A DNA stretch of 59,910 nucleotides, filler included, from Porpidia crustulata (lineage: Eukaryota): NCBI GenBank assembly GCA_964255105.1. It is 5 parts of 5 records of this genome, joined end to end, with 100 filler letters (N's around TTAATTAATTAA, not from the genome) between each part and the next. Parts side by side here need not be neighbours in the genome. Positions count along the whole stretch, not along the records: positions 48,021 to 59,910 come from CAXUWE010000587.1; 4 more parts are not named here. One strand, given 5' to 3'. The notes beneath the pieces are model-generated. The model did no database searches. It saw only the letters and a program-made list of their open reading frames with translations, and was not told the DNA's origin. Position numbers and translations under genes: made by a program. Shown in pieces: positions 48,894 through 59,910 of the stretch (position 1 is the first letter of the stretch; the number at the start of each line of letters is the position of its first letter).

Positions 48894-50639
48894 TGTGAAT
48901 GGAGGATGCCAGACAGCTTTGTGATCTCTTGTTTAATTCGAATGAATCAAAGAGTATTGCGCCAAGAGTGCTTCTCGAACATGGGGTGCGTCGTGGGGGA
49001 GTCGTATTCAAAGAAACAGTATGTCAAAGCTACGGAACGCTATAGTTTCCCATAGTAGGAGAAAGAAAAACGGCAAGTTTTCGATCATCCGTTTCGATGA
49101 TCGTATACAGCCAAGGGAGAACAAGGACTAAGAATCAAGAGATGAAGGTTGTGGAATAGTATGTGCATGGTAAACTGATTGTCGAAAGGCGCACTAGACA
49201 TCCGCGAACCTCTTCAGAACGGTTGACGGAGGTCATCGCAAATTGCATAGTTGCCAAGGGCATTCGAATAGACTTTGGATCTGCGTCAGCGGCGTAGGCC
49301 GACTTGACTCTTTTCCTGTTCCTGAGCCGTGAAATGACTCGGAACCCAGGGGCTGATTGTGAGTTCGGATGCCGACATGACAATCTTCCTATACTTGCCG
49401 CATTCGTACAATCTCTGCTTCTTTCCGACTCGTCATGGCGTTGCAATGGTTATAGATCGGCACTGCAATGCAGCAAGGGTAGCATGTAGGCTTTGCATTA
49501 TTCGGGAGATAAGAAGATAAGGTAATACAATCGACATCCCCCTCACCTGATTGGCTAGCAAGATATGTGAGAGGCATGCGCTGAATCTCGAATATCCAAG
49601 AGTTCGTACTCGTTCTAGTGCACCAACTTCCGACGCTCCACCACTGGCAAGCGTGATCTCGGAACACCTCTTTTGCTTGTCTTCCCAATTCATCGAATCC
49701 CGATGCTCCACTTGATGATCCGGAATAAAAGAAAGATTAAGTTTGATGAGCCTCTTTCTAGAAGCTGCCGACTTGGTAGCGCACTCAGATGAATGGCTGA
49801 TTTTTCATTGTGGCAGGGTCGGCCCGTCTGGATGTGGACGCTGGATGTGGGCCAATTAGAAACCGCTTTGGTCATGCAAGAACGTTCCGCAGAACCCCAA
49901 AGACCACTGCCGGCAGGAGAGTCATCAGAGGCTGTGCAGATATCCCTCCGCTGTGATTATCAAATTTTCAAGCTTCAACATGGAAACGGAAAGGGAGGGA
50001 ACAAAATCGGAGCCGCCACAGTAGGAAATTGAATTCTTTGAGTATTCTCAAGTCACTCACGGAGTGTGGAGACTAATGTATATTTGACATTTGCTCTGAG
50101 CTATTAGCCCAAGACGGGACGGCACAACGGCGGTTAGCGAGCTGTCGTTTCTAGCCTTAGCATGCTCGACAGGTTCTAGTGATTTATACGTATTGCCGCA
50201 TGAAATTGCTGCTGGGGGATGTTGATAAGCCGGTATCCAGAATCGCTACCTCACATCGACTAGACCCATTGAAAGGTCCTCGCGGCTTCCTTGTTTCCTT
50301 TCAAACCCGCATCAAATACGGCCTTTGCTGATGCGTTATGACGCACGCTTTTCCTCAATGCACAGCCGTTGAAGCTAGAAATTATATTACCTGATGCAGG
50401 TAAGACGTCGATTGGTGCACTAGCCCCATATCAAGATCCGCACCTAAAACAAGGAGGATAGGCACGGAAGGGCTCCGTCGGACAGAACAGCTGCTTCGGT
50501 GGGTATGGGGTTTTTGATAATGGATCCACAGGATAGAGTGCTATATAAGCAACCAATGTTGTCTCCAATGCTTTACTTACCTCGGACCTTCGCACTAGCC
50601 TCCTACCAACAACCAGAAAACTACTTTAGGAAGTAAGAA

Positions 50640-52261
50640 ATGTACATTTCATTCTTGGGCGTAGCAATAGGCGTAGTTGCTCTTGCTATAATCAAAACAA
50701 TCTCGACCATACTCAGTAGAAGATGGCTTGCTGCAGAAACGATTCGTCACGGTTGCAAGCCTGCGCCAGCTCTAGCAAAACGAGATCCGCTCGGATTACT
50801 CAGGATTCTTGACATCTTACGGGCCACCAAAGAGGAAAGGGGACCTCAATACATGGGAGGCTTGATGAACGAGATGGGTAGTGACCTCCACACTGTTCGA
50901 GTCCCCATCCTCGATTACGACCTACTGGTGACCCGAGATCCTGAGAATGCCAAGGTTCTGCTCACAGAATCTCAAAGCTTTGAAATCGGCACCTACAGAG
51001 CCGGCATGTTTGAGCCTTTGATTGGACTTGGCATCATGACACTAAAAGGAGAGGCTTGGCGTCACTCTCGGGCTCTTGTAAGGCCACAATTCTCGCGCGA
51101 ACAATTGTCGAATCTGGAACTCGAAGAAGGCCACCTATCGGCACTTTCAGATGCGCTCAAAATAAGAGAAGACGGCTGGACCGACCTTGTTGATCTTCAA
51201 CCGCTGTTCCTCAACTTTACTCTAGATACCGCAACAGAATTCTTATATGGCTCATCAGTCCATTCACAGAGAGTGGTACAAGATATCAGTGGCGCTGAAA
51301 GAACTGACTTCGGCCATCATCTCGAAGCTGGGAAGGCTTTCATACAGACTCGAGGAGTCTTTGGGAAGTATTACTGGCTCCTTCATACGCGCAAATTCGC
51401 ACGTCATTGCAAGGAAGTCCACAAATATGTTGATCGCTTCGTCCAGTCAAGCCTGAAGCACGAAGCAATGTCCAGACGAGTTGACGAAAAGCCAACAACG
51501 AGGGCAAAATTTGTCCTACTCGATGAGCTTGCTAAGAAAAGCCAGAATCCGGTCGAATTACGCAATGAAAGTCTTCATTTGCTCAGCGCTGGCCGCGACA
51601 CCACTGGGGCACTCCTGAGCTGGGTGTTTTACTTCCTTTCGCGCCATCCGGCAGTTTTCGAGAAGCTACGGGCCATCATCACTGCAAAATTCGGATCCGA
51701 CAAAGCTACGAGTGACATCACCTTTGCCAAGCTCAAGTCCTGCCTGTATCTTCATTATTGTATAAATGAGGCCTTTCGTATGGTCTCTATCGTTCCTCTT
51801 ATGGAGCGGGTGTGTATCAAAGACACCACATTACCCAACGGAGGTGGTACCGATGGCACAAAGCCAATCTTTGTACCCAAGAGCCAGCGTGTCCTGATCA
51901 GTACTTACGCAATGCAACATCGAACAGACATCTGGGGTCGGGATGCCGAAAAATACAACCCAGATCGATGGGAAGGACGCAAGACAGGATGGGAATTCTT
52001 TCCATTTGGGGCAGGCCCTCGGAAATGTGTTGGTCGTAAGTAGCTTTTTTTCAGATGGACGTTTGATCAATGCAGCATTTCTAACGATCATGTCCGATAG
52101 AACAATTTGCACTCACAGAGGCATCCTACGCTATTGTTCGTCTTCTCCAAAGATTTGATAAGATCGAGAATCTGGAGCCTCCCGGACCGATCCGATATGC
52201 GCACCATCTCTCAAACCGTAGCGGTACAGGCGTACAGGTCAGGCTTCATCAAGCGGCATAA
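50640..52261 (+). CDS. Cytochrome P450, CYP52-clan (alkane/fatty-acid hydroxylase-like)
   Basis: N-terminal anchor, WRHSRALVRPQF, AGRDTT, EAFR (ExxR), PDRW, FGAGPRKCVG|QQFALTEASY. Intron 52036-52100; TATA-like CTATATAAG near 50541. Confidence 0.93.
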
Positions 52262-53123
52262 ATCTCTGCTTTCGTAGATATTCGTGGCATTGAGCGTTGG
52301 ACACTTTGGATAAACATCATGAACAATAGAGCATTCGAATTTGGTACGAAGCATCTTGCATTCTCTTTTGTTCCTGGTTGAGGGGCCGGCGGTACATTCA
52401 CAATGGTACATTCACAAATGATGCTTGGGGCTTCAGCTTCTGGTAGATAAGTAGTAGCCATGTTAAAAGGGTTTCTAAGACTGGCCTTGCGGATACCTCC
52501 GTGGCTGTGACTAGTAGCAATACTGAACCACCGCTGTTTCAGATCGGAGACGTCCTTTATATGCTGTGGACTCCTCCCTCACAAACGAACACTCAATGCT
52601 CGTAGGAAACTACATCCGACTGAACGATGAGTTGTTATCAAAAGTATCTATTGTCGAGTCACTTTGCGGAATGTAAACTTAGGAAGACTTGGAGCGAGCT
52701 AGTGTATTCGTATTCTATTTCTGTACTAGCGTTGCTAGACCAGCTTACAGAAAGTCAGATCACCAAATTGATATCCTGTGAGTATTACTGTCTTGGGCTT
52801 CACGTCTCACACCCGTGGTAAATGAACAGTTATTTAGCGCATTCATTCGAGAAGTTGTCATTCACCGCATCCCTTCTTCGTTCATTCAGTACCATAGGCG
52901 ATGTGTGGTACAGTTTTCGCCAGAAGACATGCAGATGGAGAGAAGCAGCAACCATGCTACTGCCATACGAGCACAAACACAGTGTCCAATGTGCCTTCTA
53001 TTGCCGACGGTCGTTATCCTTTGTCCGAGCACGGCGCAATTGTCATGCTTAGAAAGGTGAATAATGGCCATTATCACACAATGTGATTCACCAGACAGAC
53101 ATCCAGTATAACCATATTATTCT

Positions 53124-53624
53124 ATGCTTATGATAAATTCTTTCTTCTCCTCCCTCAAATTTATCGCAGCCTTGAGACAACGAACAGTCAGCAGCGAGAT
53201 GTCGAACCCCCCAAACCCCACGGGGAATGGAAGCTTATCCTGGTTTGTTGAATCAATACACCGCAATAATGTTCGAACGGATGTCGAACTATACGACGAG
53301 CTTCGGCGAAAAGGGATGCCCTTATCTAAGCGAGCAAAAACACGATTGAAGCATTTGAGACTGGAGGAAGAGCTTGCCTTGTTCGATATACTGCGCCGTA
53401 AGGTGCAGGACAAACTGGTCATCCATCTCAGGCCATACTGGCTGATCTATCTCCCGCATACACGACCATTTCGGTTGATGAATATCAGCGGAACTTGGGT
53501 ACACCATGACAACGATACACTGCTTGAGGGATACCGGACTGGCTATGAGCACTTCAACGAGATTCTGAGGCAATACGTTGCAGAGAAGCTCTCTTGCGTC
53601 GTTCCCCGGAACCACGATCATTGA
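53124..53624 (+). CDS. Hypothetical protein (start at 53124 or 53199)
   Basis: 166-aa ORF with plausible globular composition; no recognisable motif. Confidence 0.4.
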   Translation: MLMINSFFSSLKFIAALRQRTVSSEMSNPPNPTGNGSLSWFVESIHRNNVRTDVELYDELRRKGMPLSKRAKTRLKHLRLEEELALFDILRRKVQDKLVIHLRPYWLIYLPHTRPFRLMNISGTWVHHDNDTLLEGYRTGYEHFNEILRQYVAEKLSCVVPRNHDH

Positions 53625-55029
53625 AGGGCAAATTCGAGATTTAGAACCGTACAAAAGGGGAGAAGCCAGGAGCCCCTGTAGGCGGGGAGCTTCTTTTGCC
53701 AAGCTACCTGTTTACGGCAATCGACTGCTCTAGCTGAGCGTCTTTTGGCATAATGGACAGGACGATGCAAATTGGTCGTGGACACTGTTCGTCAATAAGA
53801 TTGTGGTTTCCTTTTAGCGATGGTGTACAGTATTTCGAGTACGTTGGGTGGGCATAGGACTGAATAATGGCATAGATCGGGAGTATCATCAATCATATAG
53901 CACTCAATAGCCGGATGCCTGGCTCGATGGTGATCTTATCAGCTAGTATATTTGCTGAAGCTCGCCTAATATCAAAACCAGTCTTCCCGTCGTTCTGTTA
54001 AAGTTCAGAAGCTATATCTTCGCCTCTGCCGATCGTCCATCATATCATAATCAGCAAGTCGAGGACTCAGACGATAAATGAGATGCTGAAGATGTGAGCT
54101 CAACAGCGCAACATGCTACATGTACAATAGATTTAGTAGGATAGCATGCTAGCTACGAGTCCATCTGAGCTCCGGCTCTACTGTTCTTTCTCACCTTACC
54201 GCTGAATCCATTATTGGATATGAATGACCCACTGTTCTCTGTGTTAGATGCCAAAAGGTACCCGACTACTCCCTCCTGTCCTCTCAAACAAAACATTTTG
54301 GGCTTTACCGCTGCCGAGTATCGTTCAGGCTGTTCCTCAGCGTATTGCTTACGATGTGCCTCGAACGCGGCTGTCGATGCAGAGATACTGCAGTCTGCCG
54401 GTCCAGTATAGCCATATGTTATTTGTGATGTGGTACAACATTGATTAGTGTTGATTCTGCCTTCTTGGCCTTGTTTGCTCCCTTTGGCTTGCTGCATTTA
54501 TCTACTATGTATGCTTTGACGAGGCTCAAAGGCTGAAACACGCTTCCGCCCCTACCCTCGACATCAACCGCCGAACGTTCAATCATGTTTGTCCTGGACC
54601 CTCCAATACTGAAATGATGTGACTGCAGTCAAGACAGGACTAATATGACCGCAGTCGATGCTTGCAGGATACCGCGTCCAAGCAATTAAGGACTTTAGTT
54701 TTACCGGAGAGAATGGCTCAGCCTGTGCCCTGGCTTGATATACGCGATAATCACGAATCACAAATGCGCTGTGACACACCCTCTGTGTCGGGTTCCTGAT
54801 TCCATCTCTGGAAATAATATGCGTGATGGTTACACAAAGGCTGAATCCAGCCGCACTGTCTTCATAGCTACTTAAGAGCCTTATCTCCCCTTTAACTATC
54901 CAATCTTCGCAAACATTCTTTTCTACTCATCTCTGCGGCTTTCTGCGCCCTGTCACTCCCTGCCTCAGTTTCTGCTTTCTTTGCGTTGTTTTAAGTCTCT
55001 CTAGCTTACAATCTCGAAATTTTCCTAAT

Positions 55030-55778
55030 ATGCCTTTCAACTACCAAGAATTCAGCGCAAAATGCGACTCCATGACAATCGATCAGCTAAACCACGAATG
55101 GAACGTCTACACTCGTCACATCTCCGGAGGTGCAACCTCCACCGCCCTGTCAGTAACCTTCGCACCCATCACCGCAGGTGCTTCATTGCTTGGCCTCGGC
55201 TCTCCGGACCCGTATCCACAACGCCCGCAAGAAGCGTGCCATCATCGAGGCCCACCTCCAGGCCCTCGGCACATCCCATGATACTCGGAAGCGCGATGTC
55301 TTAGGCTCGATGGCCTTGAGCGGCACCATCGGCGGTCTGACCCTCGGGCTCGCTCCGAGCGCTGACGGCGTGGCGACTATGGGAGCACAGCATGCCATTG
55401 AGACGTTCATGGTGAACCCCGATCTTGTGGCAGCGGGAGCGCATGCGGCGTTGGACGTTGTTGGGGCCGGGGCCGAGCAAGTGATGGAGAAGGAGAAAGA
55501 CCATGTCAAGCGGAAGATGGCGATGAGAAAACTGAGGAAAATGGCATCTGCGCAACACATGGCACCGCAGGCGGTGGCGCCTCCATCGTTCATTCCGGAA
55601 GTGAAGAAGCAGCCAGGAGTCACAGTGACCGCTGTCGAAGCAGATCTGTCGGACGATGACGATATGAGTGTGGAGGAGATGGAGGAAATATTGAGGCATG
55701 TTATGGCAACGAAGCGTAAGTCTTGCGGCCGTGATAGTTCTAAAGGAATCAGTACTGATGGTTGTACCAGAGAAATAA
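55030..55778 (+). CDS. Hypothetical Gly/Ala-rich protein with an apparent frameshift at about 55198-55213
   Basis: ORF 55030 (MPFNYQEF..GASLLGLG) continues naturally into ORF 55178 (RIHNARKKRAIIEAHL..) if two C's are restored. Probable terminal intron 55716-55770. Pyrimidine-rich leader. Confidence 0.65.
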
Positions 55779-56572
55779 GGTTGAGGATGGAAAGCTTCAG
55801 GTGGACGCTGGCGAAGTGAAAGCCGTTACTTGCTATCTCGCTCTCTAATATTTCGGTTTGATGAATTTGGGTTCAGGGCGTCATATGTATTATGAAGGAT
55901 AGCGGTTCCACTGAATTATTCGTCGTTCATCTACAATCATTTTCGCATCCATGAACAGCGATGCCTGAGCGATCCTACATCTGCTTGGACTTCCAATACA
56001 TTTCGAGAGTATCCACGTCAGATACTTGGAGTGAGATATCCCTCACTAATCGTTCAGCGACTTACTGCTCCTGCATGCTCTATTGTCTTGCTTGACCTTC
56101 CCGGCGTAGAATACTTTAGACCATGTAACGTTTCCATGAGGGTAAGACTAGCCTTTTCTACGGATAATCCGAGGTAAGGTACTTTGCATATCCCTTTGTG
56201 GTTGATACAATACATTCCGCAGCAAATCCAGGGTTAGGGTTCAGTGGACTTTCCACCCACTAGAGTAACTCTTACTGAGGCTTCTCAGCAGTTTTAGTCT
56301 GCCGCATCGTACCTTGATGAAAAACACTGCGAAAGGAACATCAACCCAAAGCATTGTTACCAAAAACCGTGGAATACTTGAAATAGGAATCTGGGTGAAA
56401 AAAAAGTCCGGAGGAATATGTTGAATACATCGACTAATTACTGAACCATAAGCGTTTAGGGCAGCGAAGACCCCTTGCTTAGACGCAGCGCTAGTATCCT
56501 AGACCCGCTGAGGTATAACGCACCACCTCCTGCGAATTCGGCAACATTTGCATCACAGGACAAAGCGCTCGA

Positions 56573-57373
56573 ATGAAGAAGGCCGAGAATGATAAGAAGG
56601 ATGAGAAGGAAAGAAGCAGACATGAAAAGCCATTGAACGGCAAGCGCAACTCCAGCCTTGTTTTCTCCATTCCGGAACTTCTCGAAAACATTCTACACTG
56701 GCTGCCAATGGCAGATCTTCTGATCAACGCCCAACGTGTCGATCGATACTTTCACACTACAATCGTGTCGTCGCCTTGCCTTCAGCGCCAGCTATTCTTT
56801 CAGCTGGATCCACATCATAGAGCTGTTTGTTGGAGCACATCGTCCGACTGTAACAGGCCCACAGACGACATCAATGACCAGATCGAATGTTCCCTAAATC
56901 CATTACTCTGGAAAAGATTTCCTCTCCTGCCCGAACATATAGCGGGTAGGATAGAACATTGTTTCTCAACGGGGACAAGTGGTTGGACTCACTTCGGTTG
57001 GAAGCGCCTCTCAAATCGCAGGGTCGCCTTTGTACGGAAAGAGGCCAGCTGGCGACGGATGCTGATCTCGCAATTTCCGGCCTACAAACTAGGTATTCTC
57101 AACGGCAGATCTGGAATACACGGTACCCTCAAGTGGGACACTGTCCGTGCCAGTAACGGTATCACGATGGGGACTTTGAGTGATCTTATTGGAAGACTCG
57201 CTGAAGGGCTCTGTATTACTGATCACGTGTACTGGTTTGAAATGCAGGATGGGAAAGAAATTGACGGCAATGTACTTGGACCAATTATCCAATACTCTCC
57301 AAACCCCCAAAATTGGGCGGAGTGTTGCATTGAGCTCGAGAGGGAGGGTTTTGAGCCGGTCGAGGCTGCATGA
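56573..57373 (+). CDS. F-box domain protein
   Basis: VFSIPELLENILHWLPMADLLINAQRVDRYF..SPCLQRQLFF, LNPLL, ASWRRMLISQ. Confidence 0.85.
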   Translation: MKKAENDKKDEKERSRHEKPLNGKRNSSLVFSIPELLENILHWLPMADLLINAQRVDRYFHTTIVSSPCLQRQLFFQLDPHHRAVCWSTSSDCNRPTDDINDQIECSLNPLLWKRFPLLPEHIAGRIEHCFSTGTSGWTHFGWKRLSNRRVAFVRKEASWRRMLISQFPAYKLGILNGRSGIHGTLKWDTVRASNGITMGTLSDLIGRLAEGLCITDHVYWFEMQDGKEIDGNVLGPIIQYSPNPQNWAECCIELEREGFEPVEAA

Positions 57374-58779
57374 TTGTCTACACAACATTCATGATTTGAT
57401 AAGCAGCACAATACGCCTATGTAAGCTGGCAGCAAAGAAACGGGAATTGGGAACAGGATTGATCGAGATTCAGATCCTGAAGACTCCGATTAAGGCAGAT
57501 CGATACACTTTAGAGGAGTTGCTAATACTTTATACGAGACATTGCTGCCTATATCATGAACTCATCAGAATCATAGAGAATATCAATTTACCACAACAGA
57601 GCTGAGACTTGCCACGACTGCGGCCTCTAGGAATTCAAAATTTGATTCTTTCACAATGGCGGGTGCAATCACGACTACTATTGAGGTCTGCGCGGTTCTA
57701 GTCAAGGGAGGTGCTGGCATGATTCGATGCGTTGATGACGAGTAGCAATACTAGCTGCCTAGAGATCTGTAGCTTCAAGAAATATCTTCATCATCCTCTC
57801 GATTATTCACTACTATCCCAGGAAACAGCTTGCTGGTATCCCCTGGACGCGTGGTGATAACAACGAATACAACAAAACCCCCGGGAGCGAACGAAGCTCA
57901 GACCCAACATACGAAAAGCAAAAACATAGAAATCTCATGCAACCAGTACAGCTCACTCAATTCGACTCCGTCGTATTCAAAACCGCGCAACCCGTGGTCA
58001 AAGCGATTTTGATAGCTAGAATCAAATGATGGTAGCATGGCGAAGATACCGGAACTCCATGGGCAGGTGGCGAGGTTATGCTAAGCAGTGGCGGTAGGAT
58101 AGGGTCGGGGATGAAGGGAAGAAGGTGGGTTGTGCAGAAACGGTGTGTCTAAATTGTTAGGAAAATTACTACCGAAAGGGCGCCCGTTTCCAACCTAGGC
58201 CGATAGCTTGAGCTACACAGATGAAGATTCCTATTTGTTGTGACGGATCGTGAGACTGTCAATACGGACTTCTCGCTCATAGAGAAATCGTCCGTGTTCT
58301 CTAGCAAGCTTCACGGCAACGAACGTTGGTTTTACTTTCAAGGATCCTCAGGGCTTCGTGGAATCTCGAGTGCGTTAGTCGTCAATGATGAAGGTTGAAG
58401 AAAAGGGATCAAGGCAATGGTTGCTGTCAGTTGAAATCTGCTAGATATGACGCTCTCAAAGCTGACGTTCTACACCTACTATAGCTTGTGCAAGAAAGAT
58501 TCTAAAATATTTAGCTCCTGGTGCTCGGAATCTGCTCTACTCCGACCATCAAGATATTGGAATATGATGCGGAAAACCTTCTCAGGCATCCCGCATTTCT
58601 GACGCTGGTGGCACCCGGTCTATTGAGCGATTAAAGGAGTTTTGAAATGCTCGGATGATGACGAATGGCCTTAACGTGGTAGAAATCGTCCAATGTTCCC
58701 AACTTTTACCAGGTTTATCTGAGAAATTCCGCCACTCTCCATGCATACAGCTCTTCGACAGCGACGCAGCCTCTACTGG

Positions 58780-59552
58780 TCACTCGCCAATCATCAGCCT
58801 CCCCACCACCCCTTCCAAATTGCCGCGACCACCGACGTTGAACCTCCACGCCCCACATGCTTCGCTCTCTAGATGGTTCACCAGCCCGCTCAGCGTGACA
58901 TACTGGTTCCTGCATCTCGGACAATGGTAGATCTTCTGCTGATGCGCCAGGCTATCGAGATGCTGGTTGAGCGCCCTCAATGACGAGAAACCCTTTTGGC
59001 AGAAATAGCACCGGAAGAAATCTCCATCCCAGGCCGCGTTCGTGGCAATGTAATCAGGCTGGGAACTTGTTTCGTGGTATTCAATCAGCTCGTTCGTGAA
59101 TACGTGGTTCCGATCAACTTGTCGGCAATACCGATCGACCTTCTGGCGATCGATACCAGATTCGCAACTATCGGATTGGAGGTGAAGCGTGACCCTCGTA
59201 AGATTCGTAAACTTGCTCGCACAAAACGGGCATTTGACATTCTTCCCCACATGAACCGATGATTTCAAATGCTTCTAAGCGTCAGTGAGCAGTCAGTCAG
59301 TCAGCACAGGCGTCTCGCCCCCAAGTCCCTTACCATATTCAAAGCATTAGTGCAGCTAAACGATCGTTTGCACTAGTAGCAGTAGTCCTGATGCCCCGGT
59401 GCGGTTTCCATGTGATGTTCCAATCCCGAGGCATATCGGTAGCAGTCGTCGCAGATTTCGCACTCGTGGTCATAGGTTGCGTGGGCGTCGCTGTGGTCGA
59501 TGTGGTTCTGGTACCCGTTGTTGCTGAACCAACGGCCGCAGCAGTGGGGCAT
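58780..59552 (-). CDS. Multi-C2H2 zinc-finger protein with one in-frame TAG (59373-59375); recent pseudogene, sequence error or recoded gene
   Basis: MPHCCGRWF..HECEICDDCY..LEHHME..YCY*CKRSFSCTNALNM|HLKSSVH..KCPFC..HLQSDSC..FRCYFCQKGF..LNQHLDSLAH..YHCPRC..LVNHLESEACG. Intron starts at 59333, acceptor at about 59272-59277. Confidence 0.8.
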
Positions 59553-59910
59553 CTTGTTTTTTTTGATTGGGTGATGGATGGGATTTTCAAGTTGGAGAGA
59601 CAGCTCTTGATTTAATTGCAATGTAAATGATCAAGAAGGAGGTGATGATTACATTGAGGAAATCTTTTATACACACAGGATTGGCGTTGGAGATAACCAA
59701 AGTATTGGAGAAAGTGAATGAAGAACAAACGTTGGTTGATACGACGGCCCAGCCCGGCTTAGCGCAGGAGCTTCTTTGGAGACAGGGGCGGAGATAAAGA
59801 TGTCAGCAAACAGGACTACCTTATCACTCCCTTTATCACGCTGTGTAACGGTTGTCCATTAAGATATAAACAGAGAGAGTAATAGACTTCACTATAAGAC
59901 TGCGGTCTGC

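Noticed and set aside
45192..52261. Apparent neighbourhood of rrn6 with the acyltransferase/P450 pair (likewise amine oxidase with the ZZ/papain gene)
   Set aside because: The genes are on different contigs separated by an artificial linker.
53655..53700. GC-rich hairpin followed by a T run after ORF 53124-53624
   Set aside because: Looks like a bacterial intrinsic terminator, but the stem is imperfect, the context is eukaryotic and there is no Helitron-type CTRR end.

Overview
Eukaryotic DNA from a filamentous ascomycete (Pezizomycotina; short GT-AG introns with CTRAY branch sites). The window is not one locus. It is five contigs (11,935 / 11,905 / 11,890 / 11,890 / 11,890 bp, the outer two bounded by the window edges) joined by artificial 100-nt N44-TTAATTAATTAA-N44 linkers, so neighbourhood arguments only hold within a contig. 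Contig 1 (1-11935) is housekeeping: noxA, ubc4, glutaryl-CoA dehydrogenase, FEN1, copper amine oxidase. Contig 2 (12036-23940) looks accessory and is the most interesting: an uncharacterised protein with a ZZ-type zinc finger plus a permuted papain-like (PPPDE/LRAT-type His...NNCQ) domain head-to-head with a class-3 lipase, then a DUF1399 gene, a 384-bp MITE, a membrane-anchored F-box-like/Cys-rich protein and an intron-retaining Mpv17/PMP22 pseudogene. Contig 3 (24041-35930): two more inverted-repeat elements, an MFS sugar porter, an F-box-like orphan, an APC amino-acid permease and a YAP-binding/ALF4/glomulin-family gene. Contig 4 (36031-47920): STL1-like sugar/polyol transporter, CRM1, SPC25, RRN6. 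Contig 5 (48021-59910): a divergent HXXXD acyltransferase + CYP52-like P450 pair, a frameshifted Gly/Ala-rich protein, an F-box protein and a C2H2 zinc-finger gene with a single in-frame TAG. All family calls come from motif recognition by eye; no database searches were run.
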